Origin: a virus
DNA: 64,000 bases
Reading direction: 5' to 3' (one strand)
Virus record (IMG/VR): IMGVR_UViG_3300025655_000026
Location: 1 to 64,000 of that record
In this document: piece after piece, positions 36,868 through 46,530 of the stretch
Position numbering within the stretch: position 1 is the first letter of the stretch
Layout: each line of letters begins with the position of its first letter
Translations under genes and position numbers: made by a program
The notes under the pieces: model-generated
Seen by the model: the letters and a program-made list of their open reading frames with translations, nothing else
Database searches by the model: none
Told to the model about the DNA's origin: nothing

Positions 36868-38955
36868 ATGGTAACAAACCCAAATTTTTTCGGACAAAGC
36901 ACAACTGGAACGCCTAATCAAATTGAAGATGGAGTAGATTTCCCTCATACTGGTTTAATCAAAACATTGGCTTTGGGAATGAAAGGCAATTATGTCATTA
37001 ATGGATTTGATATTACTCCTTCATCGGAAACTGCGGGAACAGTTTCAACTGGAACTATTATGAGAGATGGCCAAGTAATTAGCATTAGTGGTGGCTCTCC
37101 TCCATATGCAATTACATTAGATACTACATATACAAATGGCTATCATTTATTAGTTGTTGATTCTTCAAATACAGTTGTTGTAAGAAATCCTAATTCACCT
37201 ACAATTGGTGCTGATAAAGTTCCAGCATATAATGATGGAGATGTAATTATTGCAGTTTTAACTCATACTGGCGTTAATCCATTTGATATTCAATATCTTA
37301 CTGTTAGTAAAACCAAAAACAGTTTAAGCATTGGAGAAGGAAGTGGAACATATAGCGAAGAAATGTCTATTACGAGCGATGGAACTGATGTTACTTTTAC
37401 AGGTTCTACAAATACAAATATGGACTTTACACCTTCGGGAAGTGGGAAAGTAAGAATTACGACTGGAGATTTAGAGGTTCAAAATGGAAACTTTGAAGTT
37501 CCTAATGGTTATGCTGAAATTACAGTTGTTGAAAGCATTACTGATGGAGGAGGCGCAGGATTAAGTGCTGGTGCGCCAGTTTATCCAACCAATTACTCTT
37601 CGGGAAAAATTACAGTTCAATTGGCTGATGCTACAATTTCAGCAAGTAAATATCCTGCTATTGGATTAGTCTATGATACCATTACTGCTGGTGGGAATGG
37701 TAAAGTGGTTGTTCAAGGATTAACAGGAGATATTTCTGCAACTTTGTTTGATGCAGGTTCTTATTCCGAAGGTGACATTATCTATCTTTCACCGAATATT
37801 GGAAAACTGACTAATACTCGCCCAACGGCTGATGCAGACGCAATTCAAAACATTGGAAGAATTGTTCATCTTTCTACATTTACTGCTGGTTCTTCGGGAA
37901 CGGCTAAGATTCTCGTTCAAGGTTCGGGTCGTTCAAACGATGTAACGAATGATGGTTTCATTACTACAAATGCTTCTTCTATTCCTTCCGCTAGACAAAT
38001 TACTGCTGGAACTGATATTAGTTTCACAGATGCAGGGGCAGGTTCAACTTTAACTATTGATAATACTTCTACATTAGATTCTGTTACTACAAGAGGGGCA
38101 ACTACTGGAAATGAAATTAGTGTTGGCACTACCACGATTACAGGGGCTTTTTTACCACAAAAAATAGGAACTTTAGATGCTGATGCAACAGTTATTGTTA
38201 ATTATGCAGATGCTAGTCAAAATGCTACTGCAAATAGATTTACTTTGCCATCAGCCGCAATTAACGATGGAAAAATACTTTTCATTAAAAATTTAAATGC
38301 GACTACAATCATGGAAATTTTTACTTCCGATGTTTTTGAAAATGGTGGAGTAAGCACAGATTCAAGATATGTTAGTCCAACTACATTAAATCTAAAACCA
38401 TATCAAAGTATTATACTACAAGCCCTTACTGATTCTACAATCATCCCTTTAAGCCCAACTCCTACAACTTTAGCATCGGGATGGTATATTCTTGATAGCG
38501 ATGAAACAGGAAGTGGAGGTATTGCTAATGTTGTTGATGATACTTCCCCACAATTAGGTGGAAACTTGGATTTAAATTCACAAGACATTACAGGAACAGG
38601 TGATATAAACATTACAGGAACAATTACTGCTTCTTCTACTATTACTACTACTTCTACTATTAGTGCCGCAACACTTACTGCTACTAAATTAGATACTGAT
38701 ACTAAATCAATATCATCAATACTAACTTCTGCTGATGCTGGTAAATATCTTTTTGTTGATGCAAGTGTAACAATTACTTTACCCTCCACTCATTCCGCAG
38801 GTGAACAATATACTATTTTAGCGAAAGGCGTTAATGTAACTTTAGATGGTAATGGAAACAATATGAACGGTTCAACATCAACAATTACAATTACTGCATA
38901 TAATGGTGTAACTTGTATTTCCGATGGAACAAACTGGATTGTATTAGGTGCGTGA
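36868..38955 (+). CDS. Tail fibre protein
   Basis: T/S/G-rich; PAIGL..GDIIYLS domain, TLDSVTTRGATT, DTSPQLGGNLDLN, C-terminal ITLP..SDGTNW. Confidence 0.8.
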   Translation: MVTNPNFFGQSTTGTPNQIEDGVDFPHTGLIKTLALGMKGNYVINGFDITPSSETAGTVSTGTIMRDGQVISISGGSPPYAITLDTTYTNGYHLLVVDSSNTVVVRNPNSPTIGADKVPAYNDGDVIIAVLTHTGVNPFDIQYLTVSKTKNSLSIGEGSGTYSEEMSITSDGTDVTFTGSTNTNMDFTPSGSGKVRITTGDLEVQNGNFEVPNGYAEITVVESITDGGGAGLSAGAPVYPTNYSSGKITVQLADATISASKYPAIGLVYDTITAGGNGKVVVQGLTGDISATLFDAGSYSEGDIIYLSPNIGKLTNTRPTADADAIQNIGRIVHLSTFTAGSSGTAKILVQGSGRSNDVTNDGFITTNASSIPSARQITAGTDISFTDAGAGSTLTIDNTSTLDSVTTRGATTGNEISVGTTTITGAFLPQKIGTLDADATVIVNYADASQNATANRFTLPSAAINDGKILFIKNLNATTIMEIFTSDVFENGGVSTDSRYVSPTTLNLKPYQSIILQALTDSTIIPLSPTPTTLASGWYILDSDETGSGGIANVVDDTSPQLGGNLDLNSQDITGTGDINITGTITASSTITTTSTISAATLTATKLDTDTKSISSILTSADAGKYLFVDASVTITLPSTHSAGEQYTILAKGVNVTLDGNGNNMNGSTSTITITAYNGVTCISDGTNWIVLGA

Positions 38956-39853
38956 TATTTTGTATTGTTCTATTGCTGGCTCAAATGCCGAAACAAAAGC
39001 GAATGCTTTTACTTTATCCGAATTAACATTACATTCGGAAACAACAGTATCAGTATCAAGCGTAGTTACAGAATTAGATGTAAGTCCAACAGATATTGTT
39101 TTGGCTTTAGAGCAATCAACAGATACTATGGCGGCATATACCTTTACAGGAACATTACCTTCTTTTACTTCTACTTCTGCTACATTATCAGTAAGTGGAA
39201 ATAACCCAAGAGGTTCTTGTTTTAATAGTGATGGAACAAAATTTTATGTTACTGGAACAGATGCTTATATTCGTGGATATGATATACCCCTTCCTACACC
39301 ACCTACACCTAATGTCAATGCTTATAATATTAGTTTGGCTAGTATATCAAGTTCTAAAAGCGGAATTGGATATGGCGGTCAAGGTTTGTTCTTAAAACCC
39401 GATGGAACAATTTTGTATGTTGTTGAATCTGCTAATGTTAGAACTTTAACTTTAACTACGCCTTATGATGTTAGTTCTTACTCTTCCTCTACAACAAGTA
39501 TTTCTTCAGTTGTAGATAGTGATGGTGACACAATATCGGGATTAACTGGAATTAGATTCAATAATGATGGAACTAAATTTTTTGTATGTTATCGGAAATC
39601 TCAAGGAACATATGTTACAACTGCGAATCGTGCTAAGATAGCAGAATTCTCTCTATCAACTCCCTATGATGTTAGTAGTTATACTTTCGTATCAAGTATG
39701 GATTTTGGACTAAACATCGGAATACAGGTCGCCCCCGACACTACTACGCTTCCTGCTGGTTTCGCATGGAATGCTAACGGAACTGCCCTTTTTGTAGCGG
39801 GTGTTCATCAAGATACAACACAAAGCGCAGTTAAAGTTCTAATGTATTCGTAA
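38948..39853 (+). CDS. Beta-propeller putative receptor-binding protein
   Basis: Repeated F/W-[NK]-x-[DN]GT-x-[FL][YF]V blades; LTTPYDVSSY and LSTPYDVSSY repeats. Confidence 0.7.
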   Translation: MRDILYCSIAGSNAETKANAFTLSELTLHSETTVSVSSVVTELDVSPTDIVLALEQSTDTMAAYTFTGTLPSFTSTSATLSVSGNNPRGSCFNSDGTKFYVTGTDAYIRGYDIPLPTPPTPNVNAYNISLASISSSKSGIGYGGQGLFLKPDGTILYVVESANVRTLTLTTPYDVSSYSSSTTSISSVVDSDGDTISGLTGIRFNNDGTKFFVCYRKSQGTYVTTANRAKIAEFSLSTPYDVSSYTFVSSMDFGLNIGIQVAPDTTTLPAGFAWNANGTALFVAGVHQDTTQSAVKVLMYS

Positions 39854-39875
39854 AGTTTATTTTATACACTTACTT

Positions 39876-40721
39876 GTGCCGATTGTGAGAGTTTCCATCT
39901 ATGAAGTAAGTCCGAGAGATGGCCTCCAATCTCTACCACATTTTATCCCTACTGAACTCAAAAAGGAATTTATTTCTTCTTTGTATGAGGCTGGATTCAA
40001 AGATGTAGAAGAAACGAGCATGGCTCATCCTAAATTAGTTCCGCAAATGGCTGATGCTCAAGAAGTATTCCAACGAGGCGCAGTCTTAGTGATGAACCGT
40101 AAAGGATATGAAAGAGCAATAGAAATGGGTGCTAAGAAAATAAACTTAGTATTTTCTCCATGTGAAACTTTCAATATGAAAAACATGGGTAAAACCCGTA
40201 GTGAAATAATCTTAATGTATAAAACATTTTTAAATGTGCCAAAGAAAGATGTTAGAGTTTATATCTCAATGGCTTTCGGTTCTCCTTATTCTGGTAAATT
40301 TGACAAAAAATTAATTAGAAATTGTATTAGAGATGCTAAGATGTTTGGAAATACAGTTGTATTTGCTGATACTGTTGGTTGTGGAACTCCTAAACAAGTT
40401 AAGATATTTGCACAAATAGCAAAAGAAGAAAATATGCGGTGCGCTTTACATTTACATCATAAAGGAGATGAAGATAAAGCAATTGAATTAGTAAAGGCTG
40501 GACTATTTGCTGGAATAAAACAATTTGATTCTAGTTTGGGTGGATTAGGAGGTTGCCCTTTTACTGAAAATAGCGGGGCTAATATTTCTACTGAAACGCT
40601 AGTTAAACATTTAAATTCTTGGGGATTCAGTTGTGGGATAAGTCCTAGCGATTTAGTTACACCAAAAAGATTAGTTTCTAAGATATTAGAGATACAAAGC
40701 CAACCGCTTTTAGTCTTATGA
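39876..40721 (+). CDS. hmgL: Hydroxymethylglutaryl-CoA lyase (auxiliary metabolic gene)
   Basis: EVSPRDGLQ, VPQMADA, ADTVG.G.P, HLH metal site, GLGGCPF with catalytic Cys, NISTE. Confidence 0.9.
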   Translation: MPIVRVSIYEVSPRDGLQSLPHFIPTELKKEFISSLYEAGFKDVEETSMAHPKLVPQMADAQEVFQRGAVLVMNRKGYERAIEMGAKKINLVFSPCETFNMKNMGKTRSEIILMYKTFLNVPKKDVRVYISMAFGSPYSGKFDKKLIRNCIRDAKMFGNTVVFADTVGCGTPKQVKIFAQIAKEENMRCALHLHHKGDEDKAIELVKAGLFAGIKQFDSSLGGLGGCPFTENSGANISTETLVKHLNSWGFSCGISPSDLVTPKRLVSKILEIQSQPLLVL

Positions 40722-40732
40722 AATTTTGACCT

Positions 40733-40790
40733 AAAAAAAATCCAAAAAAAATTAGGGGGGAGAATCCTAAGACTCTCCCCCCGTTTTTCT
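40733..40790. terminator. Bidirectional hairpin terminator between the convergent arms
   Basis: GGGGGGAGA (40755-40763) pairs with TCTCCCCCC (40774-40782); TTTTT follows on +; two T8 tracts follow on -. Confidence 0.8.
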
Positions 40791-40937
40791 AACGAAGTTA
40801 GTTTTACTAGACCAAATGCCACCGCATTCTCTACACTCCCAAAGTTTAACTTGGTCACTAGAACCAACATAAAATCCTTGTAGACGCTTTGCCAAACTTG
40901 GCTTTTTACAATAAGCGCAAATCTGTTTCAATGTCAT
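40767..40937 (-). CDS. 56-aa zinc-ribbon microprotein, TFS/TFIIS-like spacing (not in ORF track)
   Basis: MTLKQICAYCKKPSLAKRLQGFYVGSSDQVKLWECRECGGIWSSKT...; CxxC-x24-CxxC-G-x-x-W; ATGA-coupled. Confidence 0.65.
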   Translation of the reverse strand: MTLKQICAYCKKPSLAKRLQGFYVGSSDQVKLWECRECGGIWSSKTNFVRKTGGES

Positions 40938-41086
40938 TTACGCCTAACCTCTTCTTTACCAATAAGGCGATTCATGTATTCTTCAACGGATTCCTCCGTG
41001 ATATTAGAACCACCGAATGCGGCAAAAAAGAGAAGCATAAGTGTAATAAGAAACAGAAGTAGCCAAAACCATTCCCAACCTGTCAT
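40934..41086 (-). CDS. 50-aa single-pass membrane microprotein (not in ORF track)
   Basis: MTGWEWFWLLLFLITLMLLFFAAFGG...; overlaps stop/start codons of both neighbours. Confidence 0.6.
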   Translation of the reverse strand: MTGWEWFWLLLFLITLMLLFFAAFGGSNITEESVEEYMNRLIGKEEVRRK

Positions 41087-41679
41087 CACCAATCAACCTC
41101 CAAATCCACAAACTTTTCACCATTAATAGAAAACGCTTTTACAATTCCGTTTTCTTTTCCATAATTCCACAAATCATAAACTAATTGTGTATCTTTCATA
41201 CAATACTCAACTACTTCATCATATTGACCCATTTTCCATAACTTAGGTGCATCAGCACTATCCATTAATTTAAAATCATTCATTGTGCATTTTACCAAAT
41301 TCTTTAATTGAAATCTTTCTCCATGATTCTTTAAAAGAATCTTAGAAGTGTCAATATATTGTTCTTCTTTCAAGAATTTATTAATACAGAAAATATCCAT
41401 TGAATCTCTTAGAACAGGCAAATCAAAGGCCGCTAAATTATGACCTAATAATAAGCCACCTTTTTCAAAATGGTCATCTAAATCATATTTTAATTCACTA
41501 AGAGATTTAATGACATGCCCCGACTTTGCGAAATTACTTACAGGTTCATCAACATAAACAGTTCCAGTATTTCCATCCCAAGTCGCTACGGTTGAAACTT
41601 GAAACATATGGGTATTTGAAAAACCGCCTATGTCATGCGACATATTTTTTGTTTCAATGTCTAAGGCTAGAACAGACAT
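41086..41679 (-). CDS. DEDD 3'-5' exonuclease (RNase H-like, YprB-type)
   Basis: LDIET, GHN...FDL, YCMKD. Confidence 0.85.
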   Translation of the reverse strand: MSVLALDIETKNMSHDIGGFSNTHMFQVSTVATWDGNTGTVYVDEPVSNFAKSGHVIKSLSELKYDLDDHFEKGGLLLGHNLAAFDLPVLRDSMDIFCINKFLKEEQYIDTSKILLKNHGERFQLKNLVKCTMNDFKLMDSADAPKLWKMGQYDEVVEYCMKDTQLVYDLWNYGKENGIVKAFSINGEKFVDLEVDW

Positions 41680-41684
41680 GGTGG

Positions 41685-41909
41685 TTATTCACCCGACCAT
41701 AGTTTAGAAACTTTTTCCTGTTCTTTGTCTACCTTCGGCTTTTCTTCTGTGACAATTGCTCTCTTAAGGAACACTACAATGTTTGACCCTGCTACTGTTA
41801 CCATAGAAGAACATTCCCATCCATCCTCTCCATAAGTGTTTAGCGTTTCAATAATTACTTTTGGCCCTTTCGTTACATCAAATACTAAATATGTGTTTTC
41901 CCACTTCAT
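41685..41909 (-). CDS. DUF4177-like small protein
   Basis: MKWE...LNTYGEDGWE...FLKR. Confidence 0.7.
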   Translation of the reverse strand: MKWENTYLVFDVTKGPKVIIETLNTYGEDGWECSSMVTVAGSNIVVFLKRAIVTEEKPKVDKEQEKVSKLWSGE

Positions 41910-43381
41910 TCTATATCCTCTCCAATCAATCGTATGTATCTATACTTTCCATGTGTCTTTTCATCAAACTTATGTTCAATTTCTTTAAAATGCCTGTAAA
42001 TCTGTGCTTTTGATTTTCCTGTTTTCTCAATCATTTCTTCTAGGAATTTGCTTTTATGAGTATATCCCTCTTCATCTTTTTCTGTTTCATCGTAAATTGT
42101 CATGAATTGAGGCTCAAGTGATTTTTCAGCGATGCTCGCCTTACGAACCTTTAGGCTCTGTTCAAGCCAAGAAACCAGACTGATATAACACTTCCTCATA
42201 ATAATGGCCGCTTCTCGCACATGCTGGCCAGTTACTAAGAAGCGGGAGTCTTTATCTTTAATGTTGAGACTGCGAGCAATACAAACTAATACGCTCATCT
42301 TTGTCAAATTGACCATCAATCGTGTAGTAAAGTTGGAAGCCAACTCAGCAACTTCTTTGCGACTCTTTGTTAGTTCGGCTCTCATATTCTTATATTCAAG
42401 AATCAAGTTAGCATTGAATCCGTCAGCAAAACGAATCGTCTTAGTAGCATCTCCACCCATTTCTTCATGATGTGTCTTTAACATAGTATAGATTTCTATG
42501 AGAGCATTGACATACTTATCAATGGGTTGATTAACTTCTTCAATCGTTCCAACCTTTGCTAATTGCTCAAGTCTCATTTGATGTTGAATGTGGTCGGGAA
42601 CATCAACAACATACATAACCATCCTTTGAAGCACACCCTTTTCAGCAATCACATTGTTAAGATTGGGTGGAGGATAAGTCATAGCCAATACTGAACGCTC
42701 GGAATAGCAGTTTAGGATTTGTCCTCCAAAACTTTGTAGGGCTTTTGAAATAACCCAAGATTCGCCAGCGAGAGTATTCATTAGTGTGTTTAGATAAACA
42801 ATTGAGTTCTCTTTGTGTTGGCTTTGCTTAAAGATACCCGAATATTCAAATTCATCCCAATGGGCTAAACCACTTCCTTCAAGGAGTCCAGCAACTCTTT
42901 CATATGACTTTTCTCCTTCTTCATCAATTTCTTGATTGTAAGTTCCTAAAAGAACAGAATCAGTATAATCAGTAACTCCAAAAATATCAAATCTTCTTGG
43001 CATAATAAGTCCATCAATAGGAGATACCAAATGAGGATGATTGTTTGTGGCATTTATTCTTTCAAAAGTTCTAGACGCAACTGGCCCTACAAAGTTCCAA
43101 AGCGTAGATTTTCCTGTTCCCGAAGTTTGAATCCAACAAAAGTGTATTCGGGAATCTTCACGGTTTCTTCCAGTTGGAATAGTCACAAAGTCTTTACAGA
43201 CTTGTCCTAAAATTGTAAAGAAAGACATTGCGGCAGGTATTTCATTATAGTGAGATACCTTAGCGGCATCTGCTTGAAACTCCGCTACAATTTTTGGTAG
43301 GTCTTCGGTTAAGGGTTTAGCAGTTTCTTCAACTACTTCCCAATCTTCTTCGTTTATTTCATATTCGCTATATTTACTCAT
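41906..43381 (-). CDS. MCM-like AAA+ ATPase/helicase with a C-terminal wHTH
   Basis: Walker A SGTGKST, Walker B HWDEFE, LQRM arginine finger, TTRL sensor-2-like, SKAQIYRHF. Confidence 0.7.
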   Translation of the reverse strand: MSKYSEYEINEEDWEVVEETAKPLTEDLPKIVAEFQADAAKVSHYNEIPAAMSFFTILGQVCKDFVTIPTGRNREDSRIHFCWIQTSGTGKSTLWNFVGPVASRTFERINATNNHPHLVSPIDGLIMPRRFDIFGVTDYTDSVLLGTYNQEIDEEGEKSYERVAGLLEGSGLAHWDEFEYSGIFKQSQHKENSIVYLNTLMNTLAGESWVISKALQSFGGQILNCYSERSVLAMTYPPPNLNNVIAEKGVLQRMVMYVVDVPDHIQHQMRLEQLAKVGTIEEVNQPIDKYVNALIEIYTMLKTHHEEMGGDATKTIRFADGFNANLILEYKNMRAELTKSRKEVAELASNFTTRLMVNLTKMSVLVCIARSLNIKDKDSRFLVTGQHVREAAIIMRKCYISLVSWLEQSLKVRKASIAEKSLEPQFMTIYDETEKDEEGYTHKSKFLEEMIEKTGKSKAQIYRHFKEIEHKFDEKTHGKYRYIRLIGEDIE

Positions 43382-44073
43382 ATTTTCACCTTTTCTTCGG
43401 ATTGAAGTGTAGATAGAATCCTTTTGGCTAGGGTTTCGCCAATTCCATCTACGGCCTGTATTTCAAATACAGAGCATTCACCTATTTCCATAATAGAACC
43501 AAAAGTGTCTATTAGGGCTTTTGCCTTTTTATAGGAAACGCCTTTGATTCCAGTTAATACATCTAATCTCAAATCATCTGTTGTTATTCTCTTAAATACT
43601 TCGGGTCTAATTACTTCTCTTTTCATTGGTTTTATTTTACAAATAGAAGTTATAATCTGTGCCGCTTCTTCTTCATTAGAAACCCAAAATGGTTTAGCAT
43701 CAGTATCTAAAGTAATTCTACCTATTGCACCTAGAAATTTATTCCTTAGCATTATTGCTCTTGAAGCAATTGGCATTTTACTATCAGCATTTTCAATAAC
43801 GGCCATGATTGCTTCATCAATTGAACCATATATGATAACGATGCAATGATTGTAATGTCTATCCATATTATCTAATTGAGTCCAAATCCGTTTAGACATA
43901 ACAGACCCTAAAAAGTCAATAGAAGATTTTGCTTCAAAACAAACATCATCAAAAACATAGTCACCGATTTCTAACCATCTTTTATCGGTTTTAATATTGA
44001 GAGCCTTTGCCTGTTTTTCTACAAGAGAATATAACTTAGACTTCTCAGTTTCTCTACTATCAATAATTAACAT
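43378..44073 (-). CDS. ERCC4/XPF (Hef-like) structure-specific nuclease
   Basis: IIDSRE, LEIGDY, EAKSSIDF, tandem HhH (IKGVS, VDGIGETLA). Confidence 0.9.
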   Translation of the reverse strand: MLIIDSRETEKSKLYSLVEKQAKALNIKTDKRWLEIGDYVFDDVCFEAKSSIDFLGSVMSKRIWTQLDNMDRHYNHCIVIIYGSIDEAIMAVIENADSKMPIASRAIMLRNKFLGAIGRITLDTDAKPFWVSNEEEAAQIITSICKIKPMKREVIRPEVFKRITTDDLRLDVLTGIKGVSYKKAKALIDTFGSIMEIGECSVFEIQAVDGIGETLAKRILSTLQSEEKVKI

Positions 44074-44077
44074 ATTC

Positions 44078-45118
44078 TCACTCCTTTGGGTATCTCCAAC
44101 ACTTACCTACGCAATATCCATCGGAAATCAATTTACCGCAAGAAGGAGTATTGTAATTACCATAAACTGTAAACTTGGCATGTTTTCTAGTAGTAGATTC
44201 ATCCCAATCCAGCCACACATCTTCTTTCTCTCCAAAGACGACCTTTAGTTCTTCTACAACTAGATTCAACACCTTTTGCTTATCCTCCATTGTTTTCAAA
44301 TTTTGATTGAGGCTTAACAAATCCCGATACCATGCTACTAGATAGGCTCTTGAAATGTGTGCTGGATTTTCGCTCATTGTAGCATGATATAGGCAGGGAA
44401 GTATGGGTAAAGTTCCATCGTGGCTAGGAACATCAACTTCTCCTTCTATGTCTTCAATAGGCGGTGCTTCGGGAAATATCACTTTGATTGAACCCTCCTT
44501 GCGATAGGGGATAGTGCGGGGGTATTTAGCCAAAGTGTGTAAAGTGGCTAAACCATTCTGTAAATCCTCGTAAAAGAGAGGGATGCAATAGTAAGGATTT
44601 CCATTTTCATCCCTTGATGAAAGGTTCACGGTATTCGGCACTCTACGCAATCTGCTAATTTGTCCTACTCTATCATCTAAAGTAGAGTTAGTTCCTAACA
44701 ACGATTTGATTTGTTTAAAGAATACCTGTATGTTGCGAATTGATTGTGTTCTTTCACCTTCAATAAAAAGGTGAAAGCCTCTACCCGAAAAGAATAGAGA
44801 ATGTTCCCAATCATTTTCTTTTACATAATCCATAACAATACATACATCATTGAATGCCTCTTTTAGAGATTCATCCTCATGTGCATCAAAATCAAGAAAG
44901 ACTCTATTGATGATAACTGAATGTTCCATCTTTGCATTGTCGCTAAACTCATCAAAATCATAAACCGTTGTGTAGACATTGGTTTTATTATTTTGAGTTT
45001 GAACAAACTCAAGATATTCATTCTTCGTTTGAACTATCTTTCTCTTCATCTGTGGTGCGTTCTTGATGTGACTCCCCGCCCACACTTCTCTCGGAAACTT
45101 CATTTTTATTACCTCCAA
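44078..45118 (-). CDS. Archaeo-eukaryotic primase with a PriL-like Cys-rich C-terminal domain
   Basis: FLDFD, FSGRGFH, LRRVPNT; LPC...PSC...YC..KC; likely start 45103. Confidence 0.85.
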   Translation of the reverse strand: MEVIKMKFPREVWAGSHIKNAPQMKRKIVQTKNEYLEFVQTQNNKTNVYTTVYDFDEFSDNAKMEHSVIINRVFLDFDAHEDESLKEAFNDVCIVMDYVKENDWEHSLFFSGRGFHLFIEGERTQSIRNIQVFFKQIKSLLGTNSTLDDRVGQISRLRRVPNTVNLSSRDENGNPYYCIPLFYEDLQNGLATLHTLAKYPRTIPYRKEGSIKVIFPEAPPIEDIEGEVDVPSHDGTLPILPCLYHATMSENPAHISRAYLVAWYRDLLSLNQNLKTMEDKQKVLNLVVEELKVVFGEKEDVWLDWDESTTRKHAKFTVYGNYNTPSCGKLISDGYCVGKCWRYPKE

Positions 45119-45392
45119 AATTTACAGTTGCGCTTTCAAGCATATTTCTAATTGTTCCTGCTACTTCTCCTTGAATATGTGCCATTACAATTTCACGGAA
45201 AGCATCTTCTAAAGTTAATCCTACATAGCCATCATTGATTTTAGTTTCTCTAGCCAATTGAAATCTTTCAATTACATTCATTTCAGAATAAACTTCTTGA
45301 GATAAAGAACTAATAGTATTTTTAAGATTGGAAATCTCAGTAAAAGACCAATTTTTATTCAATACCTTAGTTTTTATTAATTCCTCTATCAT
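45018..45392 (-). CDS. Hypothetical protein
   Basis: 124-aa ORF between the Cas4-like gene and the primase; 3' end overlaps the primase start. Confidence 0.5.
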   Translation of the reverse strand: MIEELIKTKVLNKNWSFTEISNLKNTISSLSQEVYSEMNVIERFQLARETKINDGYVGLTLEDAFREIVMAHIQGEVAGTIRNMLESATVNFGGNKNEVSERSVGGESHQERTTDEEKDSSNEE

Positions 45393-45395
45393 AAT

Positions 45396-46301
45396 TCACA
45401 CCCATGTATCATCTTGCGCTCCGTCACAAATACCAAAATAAGAACAATGAGCGCAGGTTTTGTAAAAGAACTTAGTTGGAAAATGTTCTGTTTCGTAGGC
45501 TTGAATTAATTTAGCAATGTTATCCTTAACAGAAGTCATTGTTCTTTTCTTAATTTCTTCAACATAGATATAATTAGAAACAGGGTAATACCATCCCCAA
45601 TGACTTACTTTCATATCTCTCGTTAATCCATTCTTTTCAAGAACTTCATCGGAAGCCTGTTCAATAAGCAATTGATAGAAAGCCATTTCTTGACGCATTG
45701 AACTTGATTTGTAGTCTTTCCAACCTCCAGTTTTAAACTCAAAAGGAATTAGATTACCATTCTCAATAAAGATGCGGTCAATAATACCTTGAATATGAAT
45801 AACATAATCCTGCTTCAATGGATATTTTTTACTTATATCTTTAGGAATAGTAATTTCAGCATCAAATTTACCTTCATTTACAATTGGTAAAAACTCATGA
45901 ACTTTATCTTCACTTCTAGCCTCAATATATCGTTGGGCTTCAAACGCCGCAACAGTCATTGAAACATCAAAATAATCATCAATAGGAAAAAGTCCTGTGC
46001 AATAATCAATGACTTCATCAGCAGACATATTTTCTGCTTTCTTAAGGTCAAATTGATTAAAGAAGTTCTCACGATGATTGTGAAGAACAGTTCCTTTTCT
46101 CATTGCTTCCGATTGGTCTTGAGGCAATCGTTGAATATACCCAAAGTCATATTTCTTAGGACACCATTCATGCGCCCCCAAAGAAGATTTAGTAATCTTC
46201 AAAATTGGCTTACTTGGGTCTTCATATGCGCTAGCATCCCATTGATAGGTAAACTCTCGCATTGATTTAATTCTCGCTTCATATCTTTCATCTTTATTCA
46301 T
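45396..46301 (-). CDS. Cas4/RecB-like PD-(D/E)XK exonuclease with Fe-S ligands
   Basis: WCPK, GTVLH, GIIDRI, EFKTG, QEMAFY, CAHC..FGIC. Confidence 0.85.
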   Translation of the reverse strand: MNKDERYEARIKSMREFTYQWDASAYEDPSKPILKITKSSLGAHEWCPKKYDFGYIQRLPQDQSEAMRKGTVLHNHRENFFNQFDLKKAENMSADEVIDYCTGLFPIDDYFDVSMTVAAFEAQRYIEARSEDKVHEFLPIVNEGKFDAEITIPKDISKKYPLKQDYVIHIQGIIDRIFIENGNLIPFEFKTGGWKDYKSSSMRQEMAFYQLLIEQASDEVLEKNGLTRDMKVSHWGWYYPVSNYIYVEEIKKRTMTSVKDNIAKLIQAYETEHFPTKFFYKTCAHCSYFGICDGAQDDTWV

Positions 46302-46530
46302 TTATTTTCACTCTCCTATGTGTTCCACATCTGTTTCCATCAAAGTCAGCCCAACTCTTACATCTTTCATTTGTAGAACCCGATATGGCTCTACATCTAA
46401 ATTCATCGGGTGTAGGCTTTCTTCTACATACTGAACAGATTGGAGTATAATTTGGTTTGCTAGACTTATGCGGCCTAGCATTAAATTTACCTTCGCATAA
46501 TATACAAAATACTGTTGCCATCAAAACCAC
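46294..46530 (-). CDS. Small zinc-finger protein
   Basis: CILC, CSVC, C-x-A...RC...RCGTH. Confidence 0.6.
   Translation of the reverse strand: MVLMATVFCILCEGKFNARPHKSSKPNYTPICSVCRRKPTPDEFRCRAISGSTNERCKSWADFDGNRCGTHRRVKINE

Noticed and set aside
2-39395. Many short antisense or alternate-frame ORFs inside long genes (e.g. 7910..8215, 14279..14716, 27900..28364)
   Set aside because: Shadows of codon bias, overlapping well-supported genes and lacking motifs or RBS
40457-40870. 137-aa minus-strand ORF in the track
   Set aside because: Antisense to the lyase, crosses the terminator, and overlaps the better-supported 40767..40937 ORF in another frame
45396-46301. CRISPR-Cas locus suggested by the Cas4-like gene
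   Set aside because: No repeat-spacer array or other cas genes seen; solo Cas4-like nucleases are common in archaeal viruses
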